Positions 55,484 to 64,000 of a stretch of DNA of 64,000 nt are shown here, in pieces (position 1 is the first letter of the stretch; every line of letters begins with the position of its first letter). Below the pieces are notes generated by a model that ran no database searches, was not told the DNA's origin, and saw only the letters and a program-made list of their open reading frames with translations. Source of the stretch: Phycisphaerae bacterium (GTDB lineage: Bacteria; Planctomycetota; Phycisphaerae; WQYP01); assembly GCA_049977145.1 (NCBI GenBank), contig JBMFGW010000002.1, positions 7,451 to 71,450 on the forward strand, given 5' to 3'. The position numbers and the translations under genes are program-made.

Positions 55484-57355
55484 TCAAGCCAACTTTTTCG
55501 CCGCCGCGATGATGGCTGCGGCATCAATACCGGCGGCGGCCATAAGTTCCGCCGGGGTTCCCGATCCTGGCATCCGCTGGACCGCGAGCTTGACTACCGT
55601 GGGGTGCGAAGCTCGGGATTGTGCAAAGGCTTCCAGCACCGCATCCCCCAAGCCACCGGCAATCCAATGATCTTCCGCCACAATAATTTTGTTGCCGGCC
55701 TCATCGGCCGCCTGGTGCAAGGCCTGCACGTCCACCGGTTTGACGGAATATAAATCAATAAGCCGCGCATGGATTCCCTCCCGGGCCAGCACGTCGCAGG
55801 CCTTCATAGCCTCATGTACCGTAATACCAGCGGCCACGATGCTGAGCTTGTCCTGCAGGGATTGACGCACTACGCGGCTACCGCCAATTTTGAATTCTTC
55901 TTCCGGCCCATAAATTACCGGCAGTTTTTCCCGCGTCGTGCGTAGGTACGAAATTCCGGATTGTCGGCACATCAATGCCGTAAGCTTGGCGGTTTGATTG
56001 GCGTCGCAGGGATACAATACCGTGCTGCCAAACACCGCCCGCATCATGGCAATATCTTCCAACGCCATTTGTGATGGTCCGTCCGCCCCAATGCTCACGC
56101 CGGCGTGGGAGCCAATTAACCGTATGGTCGCATTGGAAATGGCGCCCATACGGATCTGGTCGTAGGCCCGCGTTAAAAATGCCGCAAACGTTGAAGCAAA
56201 CGCCTTTTTTCCCAACACACCAAAACCTGTGGCGGCGGAAACCATCAATTGCTCGGAAATAAACATCTCAAAAAATCGCTGCGGGTGCGCTTTTTTGAAT
56301 TCATCGGCATAGGTGGAGTTTGATACTTCCGCATCCAGAACAATCACATCCAGATCATGCCTGCCGATCGCGGCGATAGCGTCGCCGTAAGCTTTGCGTG
56401 CCGCTTCTTTAGATCCCAAGATATAAGTGGGAAGTTTTAATGGTAAGGCGACGCCGTCCCGTGCGGGCTTTTTATTTTCCGGTTTGGCAACGTTATAGAC
56501 CTGATTGGTTGGTGCCCCCAATTCCGCCAGCGCCTTGTTTTCCTCTTCTGCGGAAAGGGCTTTGCCATGCCAGTTTTCTTGGTTGGCAAGGAACGAAACA
56601 CCATGGCCTTTTTCCGTCTTGGCGATCAGGCAGGTTGGCCGGTCCGTTTGCGTTAAAGCCTCTTTATAGGCCGCCTGGATGGCCGGGATGTCATGCCCAT
56701 TGAGTTCAATGGCATGCCAGCCGAAAGCCCGTATCCGTGCCGCATACGTCGCACTGTTCCAGCCCAGATCGGTTTCACCTCTCTGACCCAGGCGGTTCAT
56801 ATCAAGTATCGCAATGATGTTATTAAGTTTGTAATACGAGGCCTTATCGAACGCCTCCCACACGGAACCTTCCGCCAATTCACTGTCCCCCAACAACACC
56901 CATACGCGATAAGGCAATTTATCGACATATTTTCCGTTTAACGCCATACCCACGGCATTGGCAATTCCCTGCCCCAGTGAACCGGTGGCCACATCCACCC
57001 ATTTAAGTACATGCGGATTGGGATGCCCCTGCAAAATACTGCCCATTTTGCGTAAACGCAAAAGTTCCGCATCACTGATCACCCCCGCCGCTTTGTACAT
57101 GGAATACAGCAGCGGGCACGCATGACCTTTGGAAAAAATCACCCGATCATTATTGGGATCATGGGGCTTGTTCCAGTCATAACGCAGGTGCTCTACCAGC
57201 AGCACAGCCATAAGATCTGCCGCGGACATTGATGAGGTCGGGTGGCCTGAACCGGCGGCGGTTGTACAGCGGATGGAATCTATTCGCAGTTGCATTCCCA
57301 GCGCTTTAAGCGTTTCGATGGATAATGCCGCGATAGGAGCGGGGGTTGGCGTCAT
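55484..57355 (-). CDS. tkt: Transketolase (short, animal-like type, 624 aa)
   Basis: AAGSGHPTSSMSAADLMAVL, FSKGHACPLLY and GDSELAEGSVWEA (ThDP/metal motif) are present. The start is taken at Met-128 of the track ORF (ATG 57355). Confidence 0.95.
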   Translation of the reverse strand: MTPTPAPIAALSIETLKALGMQLRIDSIRCTTAAGSGHPTSSMSAADLMAVLLVEHLRYDWNKPHDPNNDRVIFSKGHACPLLYSMYKAAGVISDAELLRLRKMGSILQGHPNPHVLKWVDVATGSLGQGIANAVGMALNGKYVDKLPYRVWVLLGDSELAEGSVWEAFDKASYYKLNNIIAILDMNRLGQRGETDLGWNSATYAARIRAFGWHAIELNGHDIPAIQAAYKEALTQTDRPTCLIAKTEKGHGVSFLANQENWHGKALSAEEENKALAELGAPTNQVYNVAKPENKKPARDGVALPLKLPTYILGSKEAARKAYGDAIAAIGRHDLDVIVLDAEVSNSTYADEFKKAHPQRFFEMFISEQLMVSAATGFGVLGKKAFASTFAAFLTRAYDQIRMGAISNATIRLIGSHAGVSIGADGPSQMALEDIAMMRAVFGSTVLYPCDANQTAKLTALMCRQSGISYLRTTREKLPVIYGPEEEFKIGGSRVVRQSLQDKLSIVAAGITVHEAMKACDVLAREGIHARLIDLYSVKPVDVQALHQAADEAGNKIIVAEDHWIAGGLGDAVLEAFAQSRASHPTVVKLAVQRMPGSGTPAELMAAAGIDAAAIIAAAKKLA

Positions 57356-57680
57356 TTTTTTGTTCCTCACAACCAAACAAGTTATTAATGTTACCAGAAA
57401 ATCCCGTGGTCCGCCAAACGGGATACGGCCTATGTTCCGCCAATCATTGACCGCAGCCGCCAATTTTCGTGGGCCAGTACCGCGATAATCCTTTGCAGCC
57501 GCGTGGTCGTGGCCCAACGGCTTGCAGCAGAAATGACTTTCCTCCGCGCCCAGGTATGACTGCCTCCGCAATGGCGGATCATGGCTACCGCTTGCCAACC
57601 GGGCCTGAGGCCCACTATATTCACGGCATGGTAAAGAGGCGTACCCGATGGTTGCGGGGCGTTTAAAAGGCTGATTGCTT

Positions 57681-60600
57681 ATGACTGTTGGTACAAAATT
57701 GCATCCTAATATGTTTCCCTCTTCGCAGCGGGCCAATCTCGCCGGCTATATCCGTCTGCGGCTCAAGGCGCTGGGGCTGGCCTCGATCAATGAAGATCAA
57801 CAGGATGGGGCACTGGATGAATTCGCCACGGAGCTCCTGGCTAACGTTCGGCAACAAAACCGTTTGCTGAGGAATTATCGGGTACCGGTGGATCAGCGCA
57901 TTGAAGGGTTTCTCAACGGATTGCTGGGACCGTTACCCCAGCCGTTGCGGCTGCCCGCCGTCACTTTCGGGCTTAGCAGCCCCGGCGTCGGAAGGGAACT
58001 GTCGCTGCCGCGTTACGGCGATCATATTGAGAGCGCTTACGTTTCCAGCTACCGTGTGCGTAATGGCGTGCTGCACAATCCACGTAGTGATCGCCGCACC
58101 ACCAAAGGCACTTTCCATATCGCCGATTGTGGGTTGCCGGTTCCGGCGGATAAAATTGCTGTTCCGCCCCTGGTTTTTGCCGCCCTGTTTCAACAAGCGC
58201 TCAATCCGCCGGCAAAAGTTCTGGCGCTGCCGTACACCGCCGACATGCCCAATACGGTAGAAGTGTTCTGTTCACTGCTGCTGCGTCCCATCGTTGTGCC
58301 AGAAATTCCCGGCGTAAGTACGGAAAAAACCATGGAAATCCATTGTTTTGCCCCCGGCAGCCTGGTGAGTAATCTGGATTTTCTGGAATCCATCTTTGGT
58401 AACGCCGGTGATCCGGCTTTGCCGGAAAACGATGCGGCTCTCGACGTTGAACATTGGACCGGCCAAACCGGCTGCATCATTCTGGCCCCGCATCTCACGC
58501 AATGTACCAAAAAACAGTTGGGCCTGCCCCATTGGGATCAAGCCAGTGCTCGGCAGAAACGCGACGGCATGTGCTGGAAAACCGAGGATGAACATTATAA
58601 TAATGGTTCGGCTTTTAAACTCACCTGTCGCAGCGCCGCCGGGGTCATGGTAACCCTCATCGCCGACAATTATTTCGGCTACTGCAAAAAGGAAGTCAAA
58701 ACGCAGATCAGCTTTGCCGCCAATCTGCTGGGTAATGCGGAAGAAGAACATTCCGGCGGTGCGGTGGCCTTCGCCAGTTACAGCTTGGGTACGGAATATA
58801 CCCACCGCGAAAAATACTGGAATGGCAGAACATTTGAGGATGTGGCCAAAGACTACGGGGCTATCATGACGATCATGCCGGAAGGCTACGGCATCGACAA
58901 AAACTGGCCGGAAATCATCTACCTGCCACACGAAGTTCACATGGATTTATACAATCTGTCCATCACCTGGAAAAAAGATGGCGCGGAGCATCGCCTTCCA
59001 CTACTGGCGGATAAAATATACTTCACCCCATCCGGAGAAAAACTGTTTCTCCATAAGCATCCCGGATCGGGGCGATTCCGGATAGTGCTTACCGTTGCCG
59101 AAGGAACCTTCTGCCACAAGCCCTGCACCGTCAGCGGCGGCGGCAAAAGCGAAATCAGTAAAAGCCTGGCGGACTACATGATCTACGGGCCGATTTACAT
59201 CAATAATCTGGAAGCGGATCTCAAAGAGGTGGAGGTGATTCTCAAGAAAGATCATGCCGTCCGATGGAAACCCGGCAGTGCGCCACACGACTATTCGGTC
59301 ACACCCAGCCGCCCTATTCTCAGCCCGCAACGCTCCCTGGGAAGTGTCATTAAACTCTTGACGCCCTCAGCCGATTATACCGATGAATACAACCATTGGT
59401 TGACCTCCATCCCGGCTAACATTCTGGCTTTGGTTTTCCTCATCAAGCGGCTCTACAAACCCGAGTGGGGCAACCAGTGGCGGAGCCACTTTTCAGTTGA
59501 CATTATCAACGGCGAACCGGGCCATGAATTGAAAATGGATGACCGTAAAGCTGCGGGTACTTATTTGCGCATGGGGTTGTTGCCCAACGGAGCGTGGAAT
59601 ACGTTTAAAGTCCGGCAGGATTTTTCCCCGGCGGCCAAGGTTCAGATGGAAGATGACATCACCGCCTCCACCGTTATTCCGGCCCGCCAGTTGCCGGTTC
59701 GGCTTAATTCCCCGCCGGGCGTCTCCGTGAAACTCACCAGCAACGCGGAAACGCGGTTGTTTCAACGTCCTGACGATGCGGTTTATCCGGGCTTGGATAA
59801 ACAAACCGAAGTGGATTTCGCGCGGGATGACAATTTCCTATCCAACTATGAACCGCTCGATACCGCCGCCGTGACCCGGGTGGTTAATCGTATCACCGAA
59901 TTTGACGCGTATACGGAACCGCTGAAGCGAATTTTGTTGCAAGCGGCCAACAGCGGTCGCGGGTATGTGGTGTCATCGGCGCATCCGCGTCTGGTGGCCG
60001 GCAAGCCCAGTAAAAATCCGCGCTATCTCCAGTATCGGCCTGATTTAGCGCATCCGCGGGATACGTATCTGGCGCAAATGGGTGTTCGGCTGGCGCGGGC
60101 CTTGCCACTGCCTATGCCGATTGTATTTCCGGTGGATGCAGTTCTTATGGGGCGACGCAACAATCCGCCGGATGAAAAAAATGGTATTCGCGCACTGGCG
60201 GTATATAACCCCATTCATTATCAGGAATTGCCCGAACTATTTATGGATGTTGTCTGCAGCCTTACCGGCGCCAGTCCATCCACCACTGGCGCCGGCAGCG
60301 AAGGGGCGTTGACCAAAGGACCATTTAACGCCTTGCTTACCACCGCCGATCTTAATGCCGCATTGGTCGGTTACGCGTTGACCGAACTGGCGGGCTTTTC
60401 CACCGCCGCCGCTTATGTCGGCCCCCAACGCCGATTCGGGCATGATATCAGCCTGCTGATACCGGAGCTCTGGTGTCGGCTTAACCCGGACGAACGGAAT
60501 CCCGCATTTCTCATAGCCCACGGATATCTTGAAAAGCTGGAAGATTTTGAATACGAAGGTAAAACTATCCCGGCGAGTCGTCTGGGTTATCGCGTTACTC

Positions 60601-61139
60601 CCCGCTTTATGCGGACTTTTTTGGGACGCATTTTTGACAGCCCGGCCCGCGTTTTCAATGAAGCCGTTTTGAAACCTGAACTTCAGGGCATGGATGTGTT
60701 TGTTGATGGCGTGCTCAATATTGCCGAAGCGCAGCAGCGCGTGGCCATGCAGTATTTTGAGGATGGTTCCGTGCGACAGGCCTGCCCGCCGCTGCACGCA
60801 CTTTTACACATCATGGCCTATGGCCATTTTGAGGGTAAAGATATCCGCCATCCCGATATTCGCCTTATGTTCACACGTGACCATATTCTTGCCAGCAACT
60901 GGTATAAACAACGCCTGATTGCAAAACAAAAGGTGGACATCGCTCTATGGAAACGCCATCAGGATTATCTCAAGGTCTATATTGATCAGACGCGCGGGGA
61001 AAGCGGGTTGGAACATTTACAGCTTTCCACGCGACTGGCCAACGCTGAAAGACAACTCGCCATCGTCAGCCAACCCGATTATCTCACAACCCTTATAGGC
61101 ACCATCGGCGTAGACCCATACCTGTTTGAGTCGGCGTGA
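57681..61139 (+). CDS. Large PEPCK-superfamily protein, candidate PPi-dependent phosphoenolpyruvate carboxykinase
   Basis: 1153 aa. NPRSDRRTTKG (58077-58109) parallels the TGRSPKDK loop of ATP-PEPCK. LIADNYFGYCKKEVKTQISFAANLL (58656-58730) parallels [23 protein letters not shown] of E. coli PckA. VSGGGKSE (59130-59153) parallels the kinase-1a loop GLSGTGKT. The length is about twice that of ATP/GTP PEPCKs. Confidence 0.6.
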   Translation: MTVGTKLHPNMFPSSQRANLAGYIRLRLKALGLASINEDQQDGALDEFATELLANVRQQNRLLRNYRVPVDQRIEGFLNGLLGPLPQPLRLPAVTFGLSSPGVGRELSLPRYGDHIESAYVSSYRVRNGVLHNPRSDRRTTKGTFHIADCGLPVPADKIAVPPLVFAALFQQALNPPAKVLALPYTADMPNTVEVFCSLLLRPIVVPEIPGVSTEKTMEIHCFAPGSLVSNLDFLESIFGNAGDPALPENDAALDVEHWTGQTGCIILAPHLTQCTKKQLGLPHWDQASARQKRDGMCWKTEDEHYNNGSAFKLTCRSAAGVMVTLIADNYFGYCKKEVKTQISFAANLLGNAEEEHSGGAVAFASYSLGTEYTHREKYWNGRTFEDVAKDYGAIMTIMPEGYGIDKNWPEIIYLPHEVHMDLYNLSITWKKDGAEHRLPLLADKIYFTPSGEKLFLHKHPGSGRFRIVLTVAEGTFCHKPCTVSGGGKSEISKSLADYMIYGPIYINNLEADLKEVEVILKKDHAVRWKPGSAPHDYSVTPSRPILSPQRSLGSVIKLLTPSADYTDEYNHWLTSIPANILALVFLIKRLYKPEWGNQWRSHFSVDIINGEPGHELKMDDRKAAGTYLRMGLLPNGAWNTFKVRQDFSPAAKVQMEDDITASTVIPARQLPVRLNSPPGVSVKLTSNAETRLFQRPDDAVYPGLDKQTEVDFARDDNFLSNYEPLDTAAVTRVVNRITEFDAYTEPLKRILLQAANSGRGYVVSSAHPRLVAGKPSKNPRYLQYRPDLAHPRDTYLAQMGVRLARALPLPMPIVFPVDAVLMGRRNNPPDEKNGIRALAVYNPIHYQELPELFMDVVCSLTGASPSTTGAGSEGALTKGPFNALLTTADLNAALVGYALTELAGFSTAAAYVGPQRRFGHDISLLIPELWCRLNPDERNPAFLIAHGYLEKLEDFEYEGKTIPASRLGYRVTPRFMRTFLGRIFDSPARVFNEAVLKPELQGMDVFVDGVLNIAEAQQRVAMQYFEDGSVRQACPPLHALLHIMAYGHFEGKDIRHPDIRLMFTRDHILASNWYKQRLIAKQKVDIALWKRHQDYLKVYIDQTRGESGLEHLQLSTRLANAERQLAIVSQPDYLTTLIGTIGVDPYLFESA

Positions 61140-61151
61140 GAGGGACTTGGC

Positions 61152-62042
61152 ATGACCGCTCGGATTATTGATGGCAAAGCACTGGCCGCCCAAATCCGGC
61201 AGCAGGTTGCCGCAGATGTGCTGGCGGTCAAAGTACAGCATTGTCCGGTACGGCTGGCGGCGATTCTGGTCGGCAGTTCTCCCGCCGCCCGGGTATATGC
61301 CGACAATCAGGCCCGCGCTTTCGCGCAGGCCGGGGTTGATTATCAACTCCATGAACTTTCGGAAGCTATTACCCAAACGCAGCTTGATGCAATCCTGGCC
61401 CAGTTGGCAAAAGACGCCTCCGTCACCGGAATCATGGTCCATTTGCCTTTGCCGCCCCAGCTCAATACCCAGCAGACACAATATCATATCGACGTATTAA
61501 AAGATGTTGAAGGTGTAAACCCCGCCAATATCGGCAATGTCCTGTACGGTCACCCGATCATCGCGCCCTGCACCGCCTTGGCCGCCGTTGCTCTCATTGA
61601 TACCACCGGCGTGCCGTTACCAGGCGCGGAAGTGACCGTGGTGGGGGCGAGCCGCATCGCCGGTCGTCCCACCGCATTATTGCTTACCGAACGCGGGGCC
61701 ACCGTCACCGTATGCCACATTCACACTCGTGATCTGGCGTTGCATACCCGGCGTGCTGAAATTTTAGTCGTGGCGGCGGGCAAACCGGGACTTATTGAGA
61801 AACAGCATGTTCGCCCCGGCGCGGTCATCATTGACATCGGCATTAATCGCATTGCCAGCACGGATAGAAATGGCAAAACTGTATCGAAAACCGTGGGCGA
61901 TATTGATTTTGCGGCGGTGGCGGAAGTCGCATCGTGGATAACCCCGGTTCCCGGCGGTGTCGGTCCGGTGACCGTCGCCATGCTCCTCAAAAATACTCTC
62001 CGCGCCGCCCGCCTCGTCAATGGATTGGACCAGCCATTCTGA
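61152..62042 (+). CDS. folD: Bifunctional methylenetetrahydrofolate dehydrogenase/methenyl-THF cyclohydrolase
   Basis: IIDGKALAAQIR, VVGASRIAGRPTALLL and TPVPGGVGPVTVAMLL are present. Confidence 0.95.
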   Translation: MTARIIDGKALAAQIRQQVAADVLAVKVQHCPVRLAAILVGSSPAARVYADNQARAFAQAGVDYQLHELSEAITQTQLDAILAQLAKDASVTGIMVHLPLPPQLNTQQTQYHIDVLKDVEGVNPANIGNVLYGHPIIAPCTALAAVALIDTTGVPLPGAEVTVVGASRIAGRPTALLLTERGATVTVCHIHTRDLALHTRRAEILVVAAGKPGLIEKQHVRPGAVIIDIGINRIASTDRNGKTVSKTVGDIDFAAVAEVASWITPVPGGVGPVTVAMLLKNTLRAARLVNGLDQPF

Positions 62043-62086
62043 ACCGCCCCCCGACGACTTATTGCATACATTGATGTCAAGTTCGC

Positions 62087-62506
62087 CTACAGCATTCCGG
62101 CGAACATTTCTTCCGTTGCCAGTACTGATGGACCACTGGTAAATAATCCATCAACGAAAACATATTTCGGATGGGCTTTCGGCATGAAGGCCAGCAGTCG
62201 CGCATGGCCGATACCGGTATTGTAAAAACAGTGCGGCGTCCCGGCGGGAATGCTCACCGTCGTGCCCGCGAACACCGGCTGCGGTTCCTGACCGACAAAA
62301 AGTGTGCCTTCGCCTTCCAGAAAGACGATTACCTGATCACAATCATGATAGTGTGGCGGACAGTGCCCACAGGCTTCATACTGCCCCTCAATGACGGTAC
62401 AACTATTGCAGTTGGTTGCCGAGGCCGTCAGTAACCGAATTTTTCCCATTCGCTGTTTTTGCTCCAATTCCTTGAAGTTTTCCTGCGCGTCCATAAAGAC
62501 CTCCAT
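62087..62506 (-). CDS. Cupin domain protein
   Basis: 139 aa with the cupin motifs HYHDCDQVIVFLEGEG and the later PAGTPHCFYNTG. Confidence 0.7.
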   Translation of the reverse strand: MEVFMDAQENFKELEQKQRMGKIRLLTASATNCNSCTVIEGQYEACGHCPPHYHDCDQVIVFLEGEGTLFVGQEPQPVFAGTTVSIPAGTPHCFYNTGIGHARLLAFMPKAHPKYVFVDGLFTSGPSVLATEEMFAGML

Positions 62507-62692
62507 CTATAAGAGTAAACCGACATCAACTTCAACTGCAGCCCGGATCAGTACTAATTTCTGAACACCCCTTTTTGACCGGAGTTTCCAGACGGGCTGT
62601 TATTATTGTCGGCGTTATCCCGCCACAAGTTGAGGTTAAATCCATTGGGGTCTGGTTATAGGATGTTTCCACCCAATATGTTTCAATCCATT

Positions 62693-63178
62693 TTATTGGC
62701 CGCGTGCCGGTACCACCGCGTGGTCGGTGGCATTCTGGTTCGTCGCAACCGGTTGCGTCGCAGGGGCCGTCGTGGGTCTGGTGGTAGCTCTTGGCGTTGC
62801 CGGCTGGGTCGCCGGAACAAGTTCTTCATGCACCTGCATGACCGTGGAAGGTTCCACGGGCGGTGGCGGCAGGGTGGTGGCAGTGGTGGCTTGATGCGGC
62901 GCCAGCACGCTTAAAACAGTATCAACGTGGGGTTTACCATGCGGCGTGTTAGGCAGACTGATAACCACCAGCGGGTGCGGGGCGGGGGCATTGTACAGCA
63001 TGGCACTGCCGTCATTGGATCCGGAGGGCGAGCGCAAAGCCGCCGCGGGCCGCAACGGTGTTTTCCCGCACCCAGCAAGTGAAACAAGGCTCGCAGCCAG
63101 CAATAGCAACGCACTCCATGGCGCGGCACGCAGCGCTACTCCGCCAGCCAGTGGTGGCTTATTAGTCGTCATGGTCAC
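62693..63178 (-). CDS. Pro/Thr/Ala-rich lipoprotein of unknown function
   Basis: Signal peptide plus lipobox ([16 protein letters not shown]), and a low-complexity C-terminal half ([14 protein letters not shown]...[13 protein letters not shown]). The GTG at 63178 overlaps the trpB stop (GTGA); the ATG at 63172 is an alternative start. Confidence 0.5.
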   Translation of the reverse strand: MTMTTNKPPLAGGVALRAAPWSALLLLAASLVSLAGCGKTPLRPAAALRSPSGSNDGSAMLYNAPAPHPLVVISLPNTPHGKPHVDTVLSVLAPHQATTATTLPPPPVEPSTVMQVHEELVPATQPATPRATTRPTTAPATQPVATNQNATDHAVVPARGQ

Positions 63179-64000
63179 ACCTTCTTTCTCCTTGCGGCCT
63201 GTTCATCCATCAGCCGCGCCACTTCCATGCAGTCTTTATCCCCACGCCCGCTTAAATTGACAATTAAATTCTGATCCTTGCGCATTTGTCCGGCCTGTTT
63301 AATCGCAAAAGCAACCGCGTGGGCGGACTCCAGAGCGGGAATAATTCCTTCCAGTTTGGAGAGGATATTGAAAGCCTCCAAGGCCTCGGCATCGGTAATC
63401 GACGAGTAGGCAACGCGTCGCGCGTCTTTCCAGTAGGCGTGTTCCGGCCCCACGCCGGGATAATCCAATCCGGCGCTGACACTATGGACGTGCGCGGTCT
63501 GTCCGTCGTCGTTTTGCAAAACGTAGGACAGCGAACCGTGCAGCACTCCGGGCTGCCCCATGGTTAACGATGCGGCATGCTGCCCCGGCGCCGTGCCGCG
63601 CCCACCAGGTTCCACGCCAAACAAGGCCACCTGGACATCGTCAACAAACGGATAAAACATCCCCGCCGCATTAGATCCGCCGCCCACGCACGCCACCAAT
63701 ACGTCCGGCAGGCGCCCCAGCATTTCCAGGGCCTGCGCCCGCGTCTCTTTGCCGATAATACTCTGGAAATCCCGCACGATCAGCGGAAACGGATGTGGTC
63801 CCACTACGCTGCCGATGATGTAATGTGTGTGCTCCACCGAGCCCATCCAATCGCGCATGGCTTCATTGGTGGCATCTTTCAGTGTGCACGACCCACTTTC
63901 CACCGGCACCACCCGCGCTCCGAGCAGCCGCATCCGAAACACATTCAGGGACTGCCGTCGGATATCCTCAGTGCCCATATAAACATCGCATTGCAGCCCA
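63175..64000 (-). CDS. trpB: Tryptophan synthase beta chain (3' part; gene continues past the window end)
   Basis: [40 protein letters not shown] and NLSGRGDKD are present. The reading frame is open to position 64000, so the N-terminus lies outside the window. Confidence 0.9.
   Translation of the reverse strand, partial: GLQCDVYMGTEDIRRQSLNVFRMRLLGARVVPVESGSCTLKDATNEAMRDWMGSVEHTHYIIGSVVGPHPFPLIVRDFQSIIGKETRAQALEMLGRLPDVLVACVGGGSNAAGMFYPFVDDVQVALFGVEPGGRGTAPGQHAASLTMGQPGVLHGSLSYVLQNDDGQTAHVHSVSAGLDYPGVGPEHAYWKDARRVAYSSITDAEALEAFNILSKLEGIIPALESAHAVAFAIKQAGQMRKDQNLIVNLSGRGDKDCMEVARLMDEQAARRKKV

Noticed and set aside
57356-57736. 127-aa N-terminal extension of the transketolase ORF, and similar extensions of the MFP (8790-8912), fliA (18666-18770), metF (26170-26268), cmk (22652-22801) and PAP2 (54647-54760) ORFs
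   Set aside because: The extensions are Arg/Cys/Pro-rich, unlike the protein families concerned. They overlap neighbouring genes or promoters. Internal Met/Val codons at family-typical positions (several with AGGAG-like RBS) give normal-length proteins.
1-64000. Search for mobile elements, prophage, toxin-antitoxin pairs or known defence systems (restriction-modification, Cas, helicase/nuclease pairs)
   Set aside because: No transposase, integrase, recombinase, phage structural gene, nuclease/helicase or methyltransferase motifs were recognised in any frame. GC content and gene density look uniform apart from short AT-rich promoter gaps. I therefore do not claim an island or defence locus.

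Overview
The window is a gene-dense (about 90% coding) chromosomal segment of roughly 55% GC. I call 46 protein-coding genes or gene remnants and found no rRNA, tRNA, CRISPR array, transposase, integrase or prophage gene by eye. All calls come from motif recognition in the supplied ORF translations, with no database search, so family names are recollection-based.

Most genes are housekeeping: obg, coaX, ugd, cmk, plsC, metF, folD, purA, uppS, tkt, trpB, scpB, ogt and fliA. There is also an RND efflux operon, a GAF-PAS-GGDEF-EAL signalling protein, and alpha-glucan genes (a glycogen debranching enzyme plus a GT4/GH57 pair).

The gene repertoire suggests a PVC-group bacterium (Planctomycetota-like), but this is low-confidence. 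It rests on the MoxR/DUF58/BatA/DUF4175 module, N-terminal HTH proteins with low-complexity linkers, the animal-type short transketolase, and very short tail-to-tail gene junctions without hairpins.

Four loci deserve follow-up:
1. A 1153-aa protein (57681-61139) carries PEPCK signature motifs at twice the normal PEPCK length. It is a candidate PPi-type PEP carboxykinase.
2. A tightly coupled five-gene module (32213-42583) encodes MoxR, DUF58, two TM-VWA-GATase-like paralogues and a giant coiled-coil DUF4175-like protein. It contains an internal 7-nt tandem repeat, and no molecular function is known for this kind of module.
3. A 664-aa protein (49661-51655) has a membrane anchor, a poly-Gly tract, two (Tim44-like + zinc-ribbon) units and a TerB-like tail. 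It is followed by an envelope gene cluster of unknown function.
4. Several unassignable secreted or membrane proteins and short intergenic tandem repeats.

I see nothing that I can defend as a clearly novel defence or mobile system.
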